This document shows positions 13,484-25,325 of a DNA stretch of 64,000 bases, piece after piece; the first letter of the stretch is position 1; each line of letters begins with the position of its first letter. The stretch spans positions 20,776,451 to 20,840,450 of the forward strand of contig OZ316894.1 in NCBI GenBank assembly GCA_973895155.1, written 5' to 3'. The translations under genes were made by a program, and so were the position numbers. The notes below the pieces were generated by a model, which was not told where the DNA came from, searched no databases, and saw nothing but the letters and a program-made list of their open reading frames with translations. The DNA is from Marsupella aquatica. Lineage: Eukaryota > Plantae > Marchantiophyta.

Positions 13484-15015
13484 GGAGGAGTGTGATGGAG
13501 GATCAACTAACTGCTGATCGACGACCTACGACGAGTTGGCAAGGAGCACACCGCCACTGGGGTAACTTTAGGAATCGTTCGCATTTACACTCGCGGCTGG
13601 AGAGGATCCAGACAGACGCTAGTTAAACGGTGAAATCTAGCCTTTTGACCCCTTTTGGTTTGTCTGGAACAGCGGCCTCTTTTCAAGCTCAGGCCTGTCT
13701 GAGCCTGGCTTGTTGTGAACATGACGAGGACACTATAATCAATCTGTCGATAGGAGCTGGTAGGCGTTTCGGGACATGTAGTTTACTCTTAGACTACATT
13801 GATTTCCACGGAGAATTTTGAATCAGAGTCTGTCGATGTCTCTCATTCATATGGCCCGAGACTATACCGCCAGCTCCCAAACAAAATTCTCAATCCTCAG
13901 TTCTCGTATTTCTTCTCGACTCTCCCATGTCTCGTCTTTTATTGGACCATTTTCACAAATTTCCGGGCCCTAACAAAATGAACGATAAGAAATCAAACAG
14001 ATTCTTTGTCATGAACAGGAAGAAATGTGTGATGCGACGATATACTCATGCGTGTCATCGGGGGCGGACTTTACCATCTGAACGTTAGAAGTGATCGACG
14101 CTGGATCAAGAGTGGTATAAAATTTCTTCTCTACAGCTCCATTCGAATGGGCTCGCAGACGAGATTGTTGATTTTTTACACGACTGTGAATCGTCAAATG
14201 CCCCGCAATAACCTCGTCGATGCTCGAAGGCCAGCTCGAAAGTGTTCTGAATTTCTCCCGGAAGCGATTCGTACACGAGATTGTTGTTTTCACGATTGTA
14301 GACCGTTAATAAAGTGATGAGCAAAAATTTCGATGCCCCAACACTAATTCTCGACTGTCATTAATCAGTCACCACCGCATCCTCCTCGCTCCTGAACAAG
14401 AATAACAGGTGGTAGGAATGTAGGATCGAACAATGAGAGTGACCGCCACTCGCCAATTACTGTAGGCCTTAAATAAAAGCGCGTCTGACCATAAATTGGA
14501 AGGGTCAAGAGCAGCAGCGCTTGACGAATTGCTTTCAAATCGCAGTTCCGTTCATAGAATGCCGTAATTAGTTTCCTCAATTGCAACAGTGACCATGCAG
14601 GTGCCTCTTCCGCTGAAGCGCGTCTTCATCCACGTCCTGACATCAACCTACTGTAGGTGTCATCTAAATAAGTAGTCACATTTTAGGGGAGGTATATAAT
14701 TGATGGACCTGGCTGAAAAACATGGTGTGATGGCCCCATGAAACTTTTGTTACAGTTTGGACCATACAAACAACCTTTTGTTAGAATTTGGCCCGTTATG
14801 ACCCTTCTAAGGTGGAACTGGAAAACCTTCCGCTATGGAACTGGAAAACCAAGTAATGTTCTATACTACAGTGGAATGTCATTGCAGTGACACTGAACCA
14901 TGCCCTTTCACAAACCAAGGGATAAACCGCTGAAAGTTTAAGGTCTGCAGAAATTGTGATGTCCATTGTAAATTCACACGCAGAGTGAAGACAATTATGG
15001 TCGCCATATAGCCGA

Positions 15016-15620
15016 TCAAGCTTTTATCACCCAAATGAATATGGATCGACTGGCAATATCTAAGAGTGGAACCCAAGGGGTCGTCATAAATGAGTTCCCA
15101 GAAATCATGGTTGACTTGAATGAGGTCATCCTGGCTAGTTGTCCATTGTTGTTGTCAATCTCAATTGATGGCATGTCCATTAAAAAATGGGTTGTTCCAT
15201 CGAATATAGAGAACATCTTATCCTTCAAGACGAAAAAATCCGGGTCAGCCTCGCATTCAGCCTCAAACTTCTCATTCTCCAATTGCCATATTGGATCCCA
15301 TGAATCACGAATGTCCTAGGTACAGGTCAGAACAATTCCGTTCTCATCCGTTGGCTGCACATAGAAACGCACCCTATCGAAGAGTTGTAACCCATACTAC
15401 AAAAAGAGTCTTTCAGCTTCTCGATGGAAGAGCTGTTTTTCTGCAGAGTACGAACCACCTCCATGTGAACCAATCGACACAGAGGGATTCGAGGCGGCTC
15501 CTTGTCAAATCCACGAGAATCCTTTCCAAAAGACATGACATGTTTCGAAATGAGATCAGTCTCAGCAAGCGCGCAATCCGCAACATCCTGGATCGCAATT
15601 GTGTCTACGTTGTCCATCTT
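15016..15620 (-). pseudogene. Frameshifted ParB/Srx-like domain gene (bryophyte-type family)
   Basis: Frames stitched by eye give IPLCRLVHMEVVRTLQ..IEKLKDSFCSMGY / FYVQPTDENG..*..WDPIWQLENEKF..KMFSIFDG. This matches the ParB-N pattern (IPL..R..L..S...G; hhhDG[NH]HR, here broken after DG). Confidence 0.55.
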
Positions 15621-16062
15621 TCTTCGCAAAGGATTTGGACCCAAAACACCGCTGACAGAAGTGAGCGGCAACAACTTTGAGGAACGAGTTACACGACGTG
15701 TATAGACTGAACCAGTAAACAAAGACTGCGAAGATTCAGAATAAGCTCGCTCCTGGTCAGGAACCGCACTATACCCTCTGGAAGAAGAGGGGAATACCTC
15801 CATCGTCTTCCTTCTAGAAGCGTACGAACTATCGTACAATGAAATTATGGAACTATAATCATCTCTGAACGTGTAATATATTCTAGCGGGAGGATGACAT
15901 AACCTAGAGGAAAGCCATTAGCTCTGATGTTTGGCGGTTTCCAACGTCTGTATACGGAAGGTTTAATTACCAAAATCAAACGGTAGAAGATGCGTAACAC
16001 ACACGGAAGTCATAAGTTACCGTTGAATGTTACCGTTAAAGACATTTCCTAACATCATATCA

Positions 16063-16147
16063 ATACTAGCGCCGGGCGCTAGCATTAATGATGACCATAA
16101 AGGTGAACAATTTAGAGTATGCTTATAATAGCGCCCGGCGCTAGTAT
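16063..16147. repeat. Perfect 19-bp inverted repeat around a 47-bp spacer (micro-MITE-like)
   Basis: atactagcgccgggcgcta ... tagcgcccggcgctagtat. Confidence 0.85.
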
Positions 16148-19100
16148 AAACTGGAAGAAATTTAGAGGTCTTTTTTGAAGGAGCTATGACATAAAGAGCA
16201 TTCTTTTGGGATACCCTGTCTGAGTTGAAAGGTTTGGATGGAGATTTCATCTGAGCTTATAACTTCATAAGATGCACTACTATCTGGTTGGTTAGAAAGA
16301 GCACTTTTTCTGGCACTGCACTATTTTCTGAAACTGATGCTCAGATGGACCACAATGTGTAACTACCCAACTTTAATGGACCTAGCAACTTTTGAGATAA
16401 TTATGACTATGTCTGACAATCTATTCAAAGCAGTACTTTCTGAGTCTAAACGAACAAGGTCTATCTGGGTTGTAGGGGCCATTCAATGTCATTGTTGTGG
16501 TACTTCCAAATTGTTTTTCCCCATTCATTGTTCCAACTCCCCCCCCCCCCCCCACTTTCCCCTACTTGATTTGTTGACCTGTGGGATGTGTAAGTGCCAA
16601 ACAGTTTTTATCCTTCACTAATAATTTTCATGTTGCAGTAGCTTTCTGTGCTGACAATCTTCTTTTGTCTTGGCAATCTTTCAGGTCATTGTCCTGCCAA
16701 CCATCCTTAGTATCAACAATTCTAGTTTAAATCTGTTCATTGTATGGGCCACAAGGCTGCCTCTTGCCTCCCCTCCTCAGCCTACTTGCCCTTCTGGAGT
16801 TGCCATGTTGTTTGCAAATCAGTCTTTTAACACCTCCCTCCCTACCTGCCATTTTGCATGCCACTAATCTTCCAAGTCAGTGTTGTCCCTTGTCATTTGT
16901 GTGTTGGCACTCTTTAGTCACAAAAGAGAGTCTGAACCATCCCCTCCCGAGCCTGCAGAAGAGAAGGCACGGTGCAGGGGAGACCCTATCAAGTGACCCC
17001 TAACAATGTTTTCCTAGATATGCAAGTATTATTGTTTTAGATCAATGTACTATTACATGTGGGTCCTCAAAAACCTATGTGCACCACTAGAGTGAGTATT
17101 GGATATGTATTTATTTCTGAAAGTGTTTTGGGGATCTGCCTTAGTACTCTATCTCCTAGAACTGGACAATGCATGAAAGGCAAGGAAGAATCTTTGATAG
17201 GCAGTTTCAAAGGAGGTAATGCTGTTATTTGCTTTGCCCCCATCCTTCGATTTCTAAGGTTGATCGCTTAAAAATTCCTCACACAACTCCTCCAAAACTC
17301 CTTGCCCTAGTTTTGCCCACCTCATTTGGGCTCTACGCAAGTGTAATCACAAGGGGATCAATCTCATGCTGAATCTCACTCAACTTTGCCCAGTTTCTTT
17401 CCCCTACGCCCTGTTTAAACCACAACTTGCCCTATGTAAGGGAAAGTGTCCAAGACCTCCCTCTTTTTTCAATCATTGTTCTCCTCTAGCATGCCAGTTT
17501 GCTCCACAATTTCAAGAAAAATCTACTTTTAATGGTAACTTTTAATGGTACCCGTAGCTTTTGAAGGGCAGTTATGGTTTAACCCAGCTTTGTCTATCAT
17601 TGCCTGTGACAATTCTACTCCCTCTGTCCATCCCTTTTGTCTTGTCCACCTGTGCATCACTCCCAAGTTAGGGAGGGCTCTAGACAAACCCTCCTTCCGC
17701 CCTTCTTTCCATCTATCTGTCCACAGGGGCAAATAGATTGTCACTTTTCTTTGTCAAATATTACAACTTGCCATCATTTTGAGATTAATTACTACAGTGT
17801 CACTTCTTTTGGTCATGGCTGACGTGACTTAACCCTGGTTACCAGTAGAAGGTGGGGTGGGAACATGCATGAAACCCTGCCCTAGAGGACCAGCAGTGGG
17901 GGTTCAATGACAAGGGAAGTTTGGATTGTTCAATTTGACAATCGTAGGATGTAAGATCTCTTGTTGCTAACCAGGGTTCAGTGACTGAACCTACTACGGA
18001 GTAGTCATTAATCTGAAAAAGATGATATTCCACAAAAAAAGATAGTAATCTGGTAAAGCCCAGTTTGTTGAAATTGGCTTCGAGGTTGCTTAACGAGTTC
18101 AGGCTAGATGGGGCCACAACCCTTCAAAGAAATGTAAAACTCAGTATAATTATGAACTTTTTTAGAGCAGGTGAGTCTTCGTCCCATCAGACAGCAGAGC
18201 ACTGGCCATCGGTAGTTGTGACAGCAACACACGGATATGCCTCAAACGATTACAATTTCAAAAAACGAGATGGAATGATGGGATTGATCGAGCATAATAA
18301 ACAGAAATGACGGAGAAAATTGATCGAATGCAGAGACTTATATCAGTCATTTGCTACATCAAGAACGAAATTAGTTGGGGCACACCAGAAGCACCAGAGT
18401 GCTACACGGAAAATTGGCAGATTTCACACAAATTAATTTTGTTCTTGATGCTACACAGAACGAAACAGTTGTGCTGGTTCAGAAGCTACAGAGAAAATTG
18501 GGAGAGTTGACAAAAACGAACCGGTCCAGAATTCTAAGCACCGGAGAAGAAAGACGAGGAATTGCATGTACAAGAAACTGTCGATTGTCCCAGCAGGAAG
18601 CTAACATCTGCGATTCGACGGCCTCTCTGTTCAAAATTGATGCAAAAATGGGTCTCTAGTGCTACAATTGGCCAAAATCTTGCACTTTGGCACGGGAAAG
18701 CTCTCGCTCCAGATGAGCTGCATCCTTCTTCAAACTTGAAGGATGCCCTCAAGTACACGATACAAGGCGGGTATTATAAACGAGGTGGAAGCATTAGGGC
18801 TGATAAGGGTAGTAGACGCGGTTAAAAACAATTTGGAGCAGATAAGGACCGCTGATTGGTGAGTGAAGAAGACCCTTGGAGAGCTGTTTGGAATGAGAGT
18901 TTGAGCTCTAGGGTGTGAAAGATATGGTGCGGGCAAGTTTGCAGAGCATGTGATGGGCTTCATTAACTGGGATGATTCAAATGACGTCGGTGGTCCTTTC
19001 GTCGGTTCCCAAACTATACCTTTACTCTCTCTTCTCTCCTCAGTGGCTCCATGATAATCGCTCCTCCTCGGGAAGTGGTGGCTAAATAGAGAGATACGTC

Positions 19101-19305
19101 ATGTTGAAGCTTCAGTCGTATATAGTGGTCATCTGGCAATAATATCCTCATCCTTCTGGGAGAAGTGGATATCTTTTGTGGCCTAATTTTGTGGTGGACT
19201 CTTCAGTCATGTAGTGATGTCTCTGACTTCATGGAATTTTATTGAAAATTGCTAATCCTTTACTGAAGCCGAGGTTTTTGTAATCAATCTGAAGAGATTC
19301 TGCTG

Positions 19306-19767
19306 CAGCCAGTATCGAATCCATTTTGACAGAATCTACCCCTCTAGAATAGTAATGCCCACAGTAGCACAAAGTGTCAATAACAGAACATCCTGAACGC
19401 AATTAATCAAATTTCCCTGCTGATAACGGAGCAAGATGCCTTAAATATAGTTCTAGTTTTTTTTTTCGCAGCGAAAGGAATGCCGCTCACTGTTTGGACG
19501 GTTTCCTTTGCCTGCTTAAAATTCCAATTCTCCTTTGCCTGCTTAAAATTCCAATTCCCCAGAGCCACTTCATCAGCTGTTCTAGGTTTCTCAGGAATCG
19601 GACCTGGAATTCAGCTGCAGCAGAATCCAGTGACAGGATGCTCCGTTATCAGCAGGGAAATTTGATTAATTGCGTTCAGGATGTTCTGTTCATTGACACT
19701 TTGTGCTACTGTGGGCATTACTATTCTAGAGGGGTAGATTCTGTCAAAATGGATTCGATACTGGCTG
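19306..19767. repeat. Near-perfect 128-bp inverted repeat with a 205-nt spacer
   Basis: 19306-19433 is the reverse complement of 19639-19767 with one 1-nt indel. Confidence 0.95.
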
Positions 19768-19970
19768 GTTTGACAGGATGTTTGCCAAAAGTTCAGTGCG
19801 TGTCTCCTTTTTTCTCCATGAGAACCAATCATTTGGCTTTAATGAAGCTTGCTTCTAAAATCCGTGACTTGATACAGGATGGGTCGTGTAATGATCTTCA
19901 AAATCAAGCAGCATTAAGCTAGCATAAGGTGAATTAATCTCTCCATTTTTGGTGGTTTCAAGTCTCCTCG

Positions 19971-20310
19971 ATAGGTGTTAGGACCATGAAAAGATCAACT
20001 GCAGGTCATGTATTTGCCGCCCCAGGAGATTTTACCCAGACAAGGCTTGCATAGTCATCTTATCCCTAAAGCCCGCTGGATAGGTATTAGGGCCCTTTAA
20101 AAATGCAGGTCATGTACTTGCCGGCCCAGGAGATATGTTGTAGTAGCCAGACAAGGCTTGTATAGTCATCTTATCCCTAAAGTCTGGATGCTTTATAGAT
20201 ATTAGGGCCATGAAAAGATCAAGTGCAGGTCATGTATTTGCCGCCACAGGAGATATGTACCCAGACAAGGCTTGTATAGTCATTTTATCCCGAAAGTCTG
20301 GATGCTTTTA
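19971..20310. repeat. ~110-118-bp tandem triplication inside a pseudogene intron
   Basis: tgcaggtcatgta.ttgccg...ccagacaaggcttg.atagtcat.ttatccc x3. Confidence 0.85.
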
Positions 20311-21136
20311 TACGCTGCAGCAAAAGCTCCTAAATCTCACATATTGGTATCGTTGCAGACAGGCGCCGAGTCACTTAATATGAAAGCTGGGCAAAAACGT
20401 GCTGATGGTGCTAGTCACTCGCATAGCTGTGAGGCATCTAAACCACTTTCCCAACTTGGAATTCCCAATACTAAATGACCTTTCGTTTTATCAACTAGTA
20501 CTGTATGTAGATATGATTCCATGCATTTTACAGACACTGGAACCCTCGCAGATCTATTCTAGATTCTTGCATATTTACTTCTACTAGTTTACACAATTTG
20601 ATCGCAAGGACCACTGCAATTGGGCACTCGATTCCACTTGAGTCATCTGTTGAACAATACCTTCATGTAGGGCTAGAAATGAAAATGATGTTGCAGAAGA
20701 TCCAAGTACAAATGTCAGTATTGACATATACAGAAAAGCTTATTTTGATTTAGCAGGTTCGTATGCATGGATTGTGATGGCTGTAAAACTGACCTTGCTC
20801 GGTATTTCTAACGGACGTTGGATTGTATACTGCTATTTGTTGTCTGTAGACGAGAAGGACTATTATTGGATGTCTGAAGGTTGCCTTCAATTTTGCCTAG
20901 GATGGCCAATGCTCTCTGATGGCAAGTTTATCGACAGCTTGTTATGACCTCAGTATTGTGGGGCGCCACATTCATTGGAGCCCGCAATCAATGAGCAGGT
21001 TTAAAGCACATAGTATGGCAAGTATCAGTTTGATATACACACAAAGGGTGGGAAGCACCATGATGGCCCTATTCAGCTCCTATACAAGAATCTTGAAGTG
21101 CTTACAAGACAAAAATAGGTGGCGATAGAATTATCG

Positions 21137-22846
21137 TCACCACAACCATGCGCTGGCAGCATCGATTACCTTAACCCGGGTGCTAACTAAAGGCATATGC
21201 CCAAAGGTTTCAGTAAAATAATTTACACAGTTTGTCCGATGCTCTTTGTGCCCTGTCAGGCTGCTTATTCCAGTTGATCCAATTTCATATATCCTACCTG
21301 CAGAGCAAGTGCAGATTGTATTACAAAATGAAAGAATAGCCAGAGTGGATATTTCATAAAAACTTCACATATTTCACAATTGGGTGAGTTTCGAGGGTGC
21401 GCTATCATACCTTTCACCCAGATGGGGGGTGCATGAGTTGCATTAGCAACTAAGAAGGACATGGCAATATCCTCACAATTCCTGCAAACCATGCAACAGA
21501 CCCCAATTATTAAACAGATTCGCTGATGCATTTGCAGACCATCATGACCTAAAGGAACTCAACGTGCACACGACTAAGCCAAACCAGATCAAATTTACAG
21601 GAACAATCATACCTTTCTCGCTTTACAAATTCCAAAAGTGGAGTTGGCATTTGATTTGTGTACATCGCTAGGTACTTCTTGTGGATGAAGGAAGCTTTTG
21701 TTAGCACCATGCTATAGGTTCCCGTCCACCACACTGACCACCAGCCACCGTACCTGTAACGCTCCAGTCCGTATTCCTGCTTTCATTTCAAACACAACAC
21801 TTCAGCAAGTCCACATACATTGAACCATTGAGAAGTTAGAGCTGTCCTCTGGGTAGAGGGAAAATGCAATCCGTACAGTTTTGGTGGAGTTAAAGTGAAA
21901 ATTACCGTCTTGTGTGCCCAATGCATCCTGGGCACGAAACCTACAGTTTGATCTGGAGCACTGAGCCACACACGGAACGCCAAGTCCATAGTCTGACACG
22001 GGACCAACACATCATCGTCGATAGAAAAGAGGGCATCAGTTTCAATATCTTGGATAGGTTTGAATCTGTTGTTCAGCTCATCCACCTCATTGATGTTGAA
22101 TTTGAGCTTGACTTTGTGATCCAGACTTTCGCGCAGCTTTGCGGAAAGTGCTTTAGAAGGTTTTTCAGGTTCGCTCCAGATGACATTGATCGCATCCACA
22201 TTGTTGCACGTCGCATAATGGGCCACTGTCTGCTTCAAAAGCTCGTAGCGCTTCCAAGTGTTGATGAGTACTGTATACCTATGCCTGCTCCGGCACCACA
22301 TATCAAAATTAGGTGGACCCATCTGCTAAACCCAAAGCTCCAACTAAAATCTCTACGTGAGAGCTGTGCACTAAATGAGAATTTGCTGGACCCATCTTGC
22401 CAAACCAGCGCTCAACCCAAAATCCATAAATTCTCCATTCGTGGTCAAAACATCCATCATCTCGATTTGACAAACAGTGACGGGACGAAAGGAAAGGAAA
22501 GAAAAGCCAGAGCAAAAGAAAGGAAAGAAAATGAAAACTCAAGCAAAGAAATGCAAAAGCTAAAGCAAAAGGAAAAGGAAAAGGAAACGACACCACACCT
22601 CGTTGACAGTTCGGGCGATAGAAGGCGTTGATCTCTCGGAACATTCCATCCCATCATAGACGTAGCATGGCTGGTGCAGTAGATGGTGAGCAGCACGACG
22701 ATGAGCCCCACGACGAACTTGAACTTGCAGGATCCAGTGCTAAACACCGCCAGACGCCCTCGAAGCGGAGAGCGCTGGCCTTTCATACCCTTGTCCTTGA
22801 ATAATGACAGCGACGAGAACGATCCAAAGGTGTTTATGGATCCCAT
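21137..22846 (-). CDS. Glycosyltransferase family 64 (EXTL2/EPC1-like), 5 exons
   Basis: Exons at about 22846-22599, 22284(or 22278)-21906, 21779-21613, 21481-21411 and 21297-21137, with GT-AG introns. N-terminal TM segment. Motifs YTVLINTWKRYELLK, LNNRFKP, FSIDDD, GFVPRMHW, YSMVLTKASF, RNCEDIAMSFLVAN, IGSTGISS. Confidence 0.93.
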
Positions 22847-23364
22847 TCCATCGCTCTGCTCTCTCGCCACTCCTCCCTCTGATGGAAATCAGCATATAGG
22901 AAGAAGCGAGGGAGCCCACAACAACAACAGACTCCGCTGTTTCACGACGGATTCAGTGACGAGAGTCTCAGCAAATCGGGGCAAAAGACACACCGACACC
23001 GAAAACGGGCAGCCTCAACGCGGAATGTACGTTCCGAGAAGACGGAGAAGTCACCACTCCACCACACACAACTCACGAGGACCAGCGTTGTTCACAACGA
23101 CGTCTGTCATACGACGAGTACTTTCTACTCGGCAGCTCCCGCATCGAAATCAGCAGCACATAGCAGGAAGAACGAGGGGGAAGAGGGGGAAGAGGCGGAA
23201 CCAGCCACAATTCAATCCTCTGTTTCACAAGAGGGAAAGAGAGAGCAAATCGGGCGAAAAAGAGAGGACACCGACACACGAGGCGAGCGAACGGGCAGGT
23301 TGAGAGAGAAATGCACCGTCCGACAACACCAATCCAGCAACAGCGGAGGAGGGGGAGGAGCAGT

Positions 23365-23457
23365 AGAGTAGTCGGCACTCAGTCGCTCACTACACACGAA
23401 GAAAACTTGTCGAGTAGTCAGCACTCAGTCGCTCACTACTCAAGAAGAAAACTTGTA
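23365..23457. repeat. 47-bp tandem duplication upstream of the GT64 gene
   Basis: gagtagtc.gcactcagtcgctcactac...gaagaaaacttgt x2. Confidence 0.85.
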
Positions 23458-23916
23458 AAACAGGAAATCTCTCGAAGCTTTTGATGAGTTCATCATTCTT
23501 GCGACTCTACACACATCTCTGTGCGTAGAAGTTTGGATTATCCTGAGCTGTGGAAGCGCTCTCTCAGCATCATCAATGACGCCAACAGCCTTACTGCTAC
23601 ACTGCGTCACTGCTGCTCCTCCGTATTAATGTCCATGGGCGATCTTGTTTTGGCACTGGTGAATACTCTCACAAGTGCCCTTCTTTTTTAGTTGGGTTTC
23701 TCGTTTGGGGCGCACACATGTCGCCCTCTTAAGCCAAGCTGGAGGGTGATTGTGGACGGGTTGGATCTGAGAATTCGACTTCTCAAAAAAGGACATCAAT
23801 GTGGCCTTTTACTCTTTCAAATGCTGGGATGAGTAAATGACCTTTCTCCATATTTGGATTACTTGGACTCCAAACACGGTGGAACCTTTAACTCATCGAG
23901 CTTGAAGCATGGAGCC

Positions 23917-24380
23917 AGGACCATGGACAGTCTCGTTGTTTCCATTTGTTTCTAATTTGGGAAATTAGATATCATGTTCTCAATTACCGTATAGTTAGCC
24001 ATGAAAGCATGGACCATGGACAGTTTCGTTTTACCATTGATTTCTAATTTTGGAAAATTGGACGGAAAGTTAAGTTATCAATTAATGGATAGTTAGGCTT
24101 GAAAGCATGGACCATAGACAGTTTGGCTTTTCCATTTGTTTCTAATTTTGGGTCTAATTTTGGGAAATTAGATACCATGTTCTAAATTAATGTATAGTTA
24201 GCCATGAAGCATGGACAGTTTCGTTTTTCCATTGGTTTCTAATTTTGGAAAACTGGACAGAAAGTTCTCAATTATGGATAGTTAGGCTTGAAAGCATGGA
24301 CCATACACCGTGTGGCTTTTCCAATTGTTTTTAATTTTGGAAGATTAGATAAAATGTTCTGAGTTAATGGATAGTTTGGT
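23917..24380. repeat. Degenerate minisatellite (~75-90-bp units), resuming at ~25440-25730
   Basis: Recurring gcatggacca...tccatttgtttctaattttgg(g)aaa.t.ga. Confidence 0.75.
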
Positions 24381-24420
24381 TTTACTTTGTGTACTTTTCA
24401 GAAGGGAAGATTTCTTTTGG

Positions 24421-25325
24421 TAAAGACTTTCTTGACTTTTCTCTTTGTATATTTGAGTGTATTAATTCTCCATAATGCACCCCTTTTTTTGATGAGGGGA
24501 TTATACAAAACACCATAAATATAGTTAAAGTAAAAATTAAATATAGTTTTATCACACAAAAATTAAATTAAATTTAGTTAAGATCTCAAGATGATAACCA
24601 AATCTTATATGGTGATACCAACAAAATATCTATGAATAGAATCTAATATAACTAAACAACCCGTATATTTTTGGCCAATTCCATAGCAATCACTTCTTGG
24701 ATGACCCTTTAATTTGATTTTACTATTTTAGGGATTCACTTTTTCTTGTTTGTTATCGAAAAGTCATTCAAGTTTTTACGTACAATAATGTCCTAGTTAC
24801 GAGCATTATGAAAATAATGCCCTCAAAACTCGGGCTACTGCCCTCATTTTTCAAGGCATTATATTCCACAATGCCCTCTAACCAGGACATTATCCTATTC
24901 GTAAAGACTTTTGTGACTTTCCTCTTTGTATATTTGAGTGCATTAATTCTCCATACCGCACCCCTTGTTTTGAGGAGGGGATTATACAAAATACCATAAA
25001 TATAGTAAAAGTAAAAATTAAATTTAGTTTTACCATAAAAAAATAATTAAATTTAGTCAAGATCTCAAGATGATAACCAAATCGTATATGGTGATACTAA
25101 CAAAATATCTATGAATTAAATATAATATAACTAAAGAAAGTATATTTTTGGCCAATTCCATAACAGCCACTTCTTGGATGACCCTTTAATTTGAATTTTC
25201 TATTTCAGGGATTCACTTTTTCTTGTTTGTTACCAAAAAGTCACTCAAGTTTTTACATACATTAATGTCCTGGTTACGGGCATTATATCCCACAATGCCC
25301 TCTAACCAGGACATTATCCTATTCG
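24421..25325. repeat. ~481-bp AT-rich tandem duplication
   Basis: taaagacttt...tttgtatatttgagtg...gaggggattatacaaaa...agatctcaagatgataaccaaatc starts at both 24421 and 24902. Confidence 0.9.

Larger units (their letters stand above)
18989..21010 (+). pseudogene. RpoT: Partial, intron-containing RpoT pseudogene, inverted relative to the intact RpoT
   Basis: Colinear similarity to RpoT exons and introns at about 46420-48600. DGSCNDLQNQAALS* vs [15 protein letters not shown]; GAESLNMKAGQKRAD vs [15 protein letters not shown]; cacattcattggagc.cgcaatcaa. Intron motifs aatatcctcatc and caggttcgta.gcatgga are also shared. Confidence 0.9.

Noticed and set aside
16250-17800. Possible very old Ty3/gypsy pol remnant on the minus strand
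   Set aside because: Only a vague YIGQVV-like similarity, with no LTRs or clear catalytic motifs.
19306-19767. Pack-MULE interpretation of the inverted repeat (TIRs plus captured exon)
   Set aside because: There is no TSD, and both the arms and the flanks are RpoT-intron-derived.
21912-23303. Long plus-strand ORFs of 239 and 206 aa
   Set aside because: They are antisense shadows of the GT64 exons, intron and leader, with low-complexity translations.
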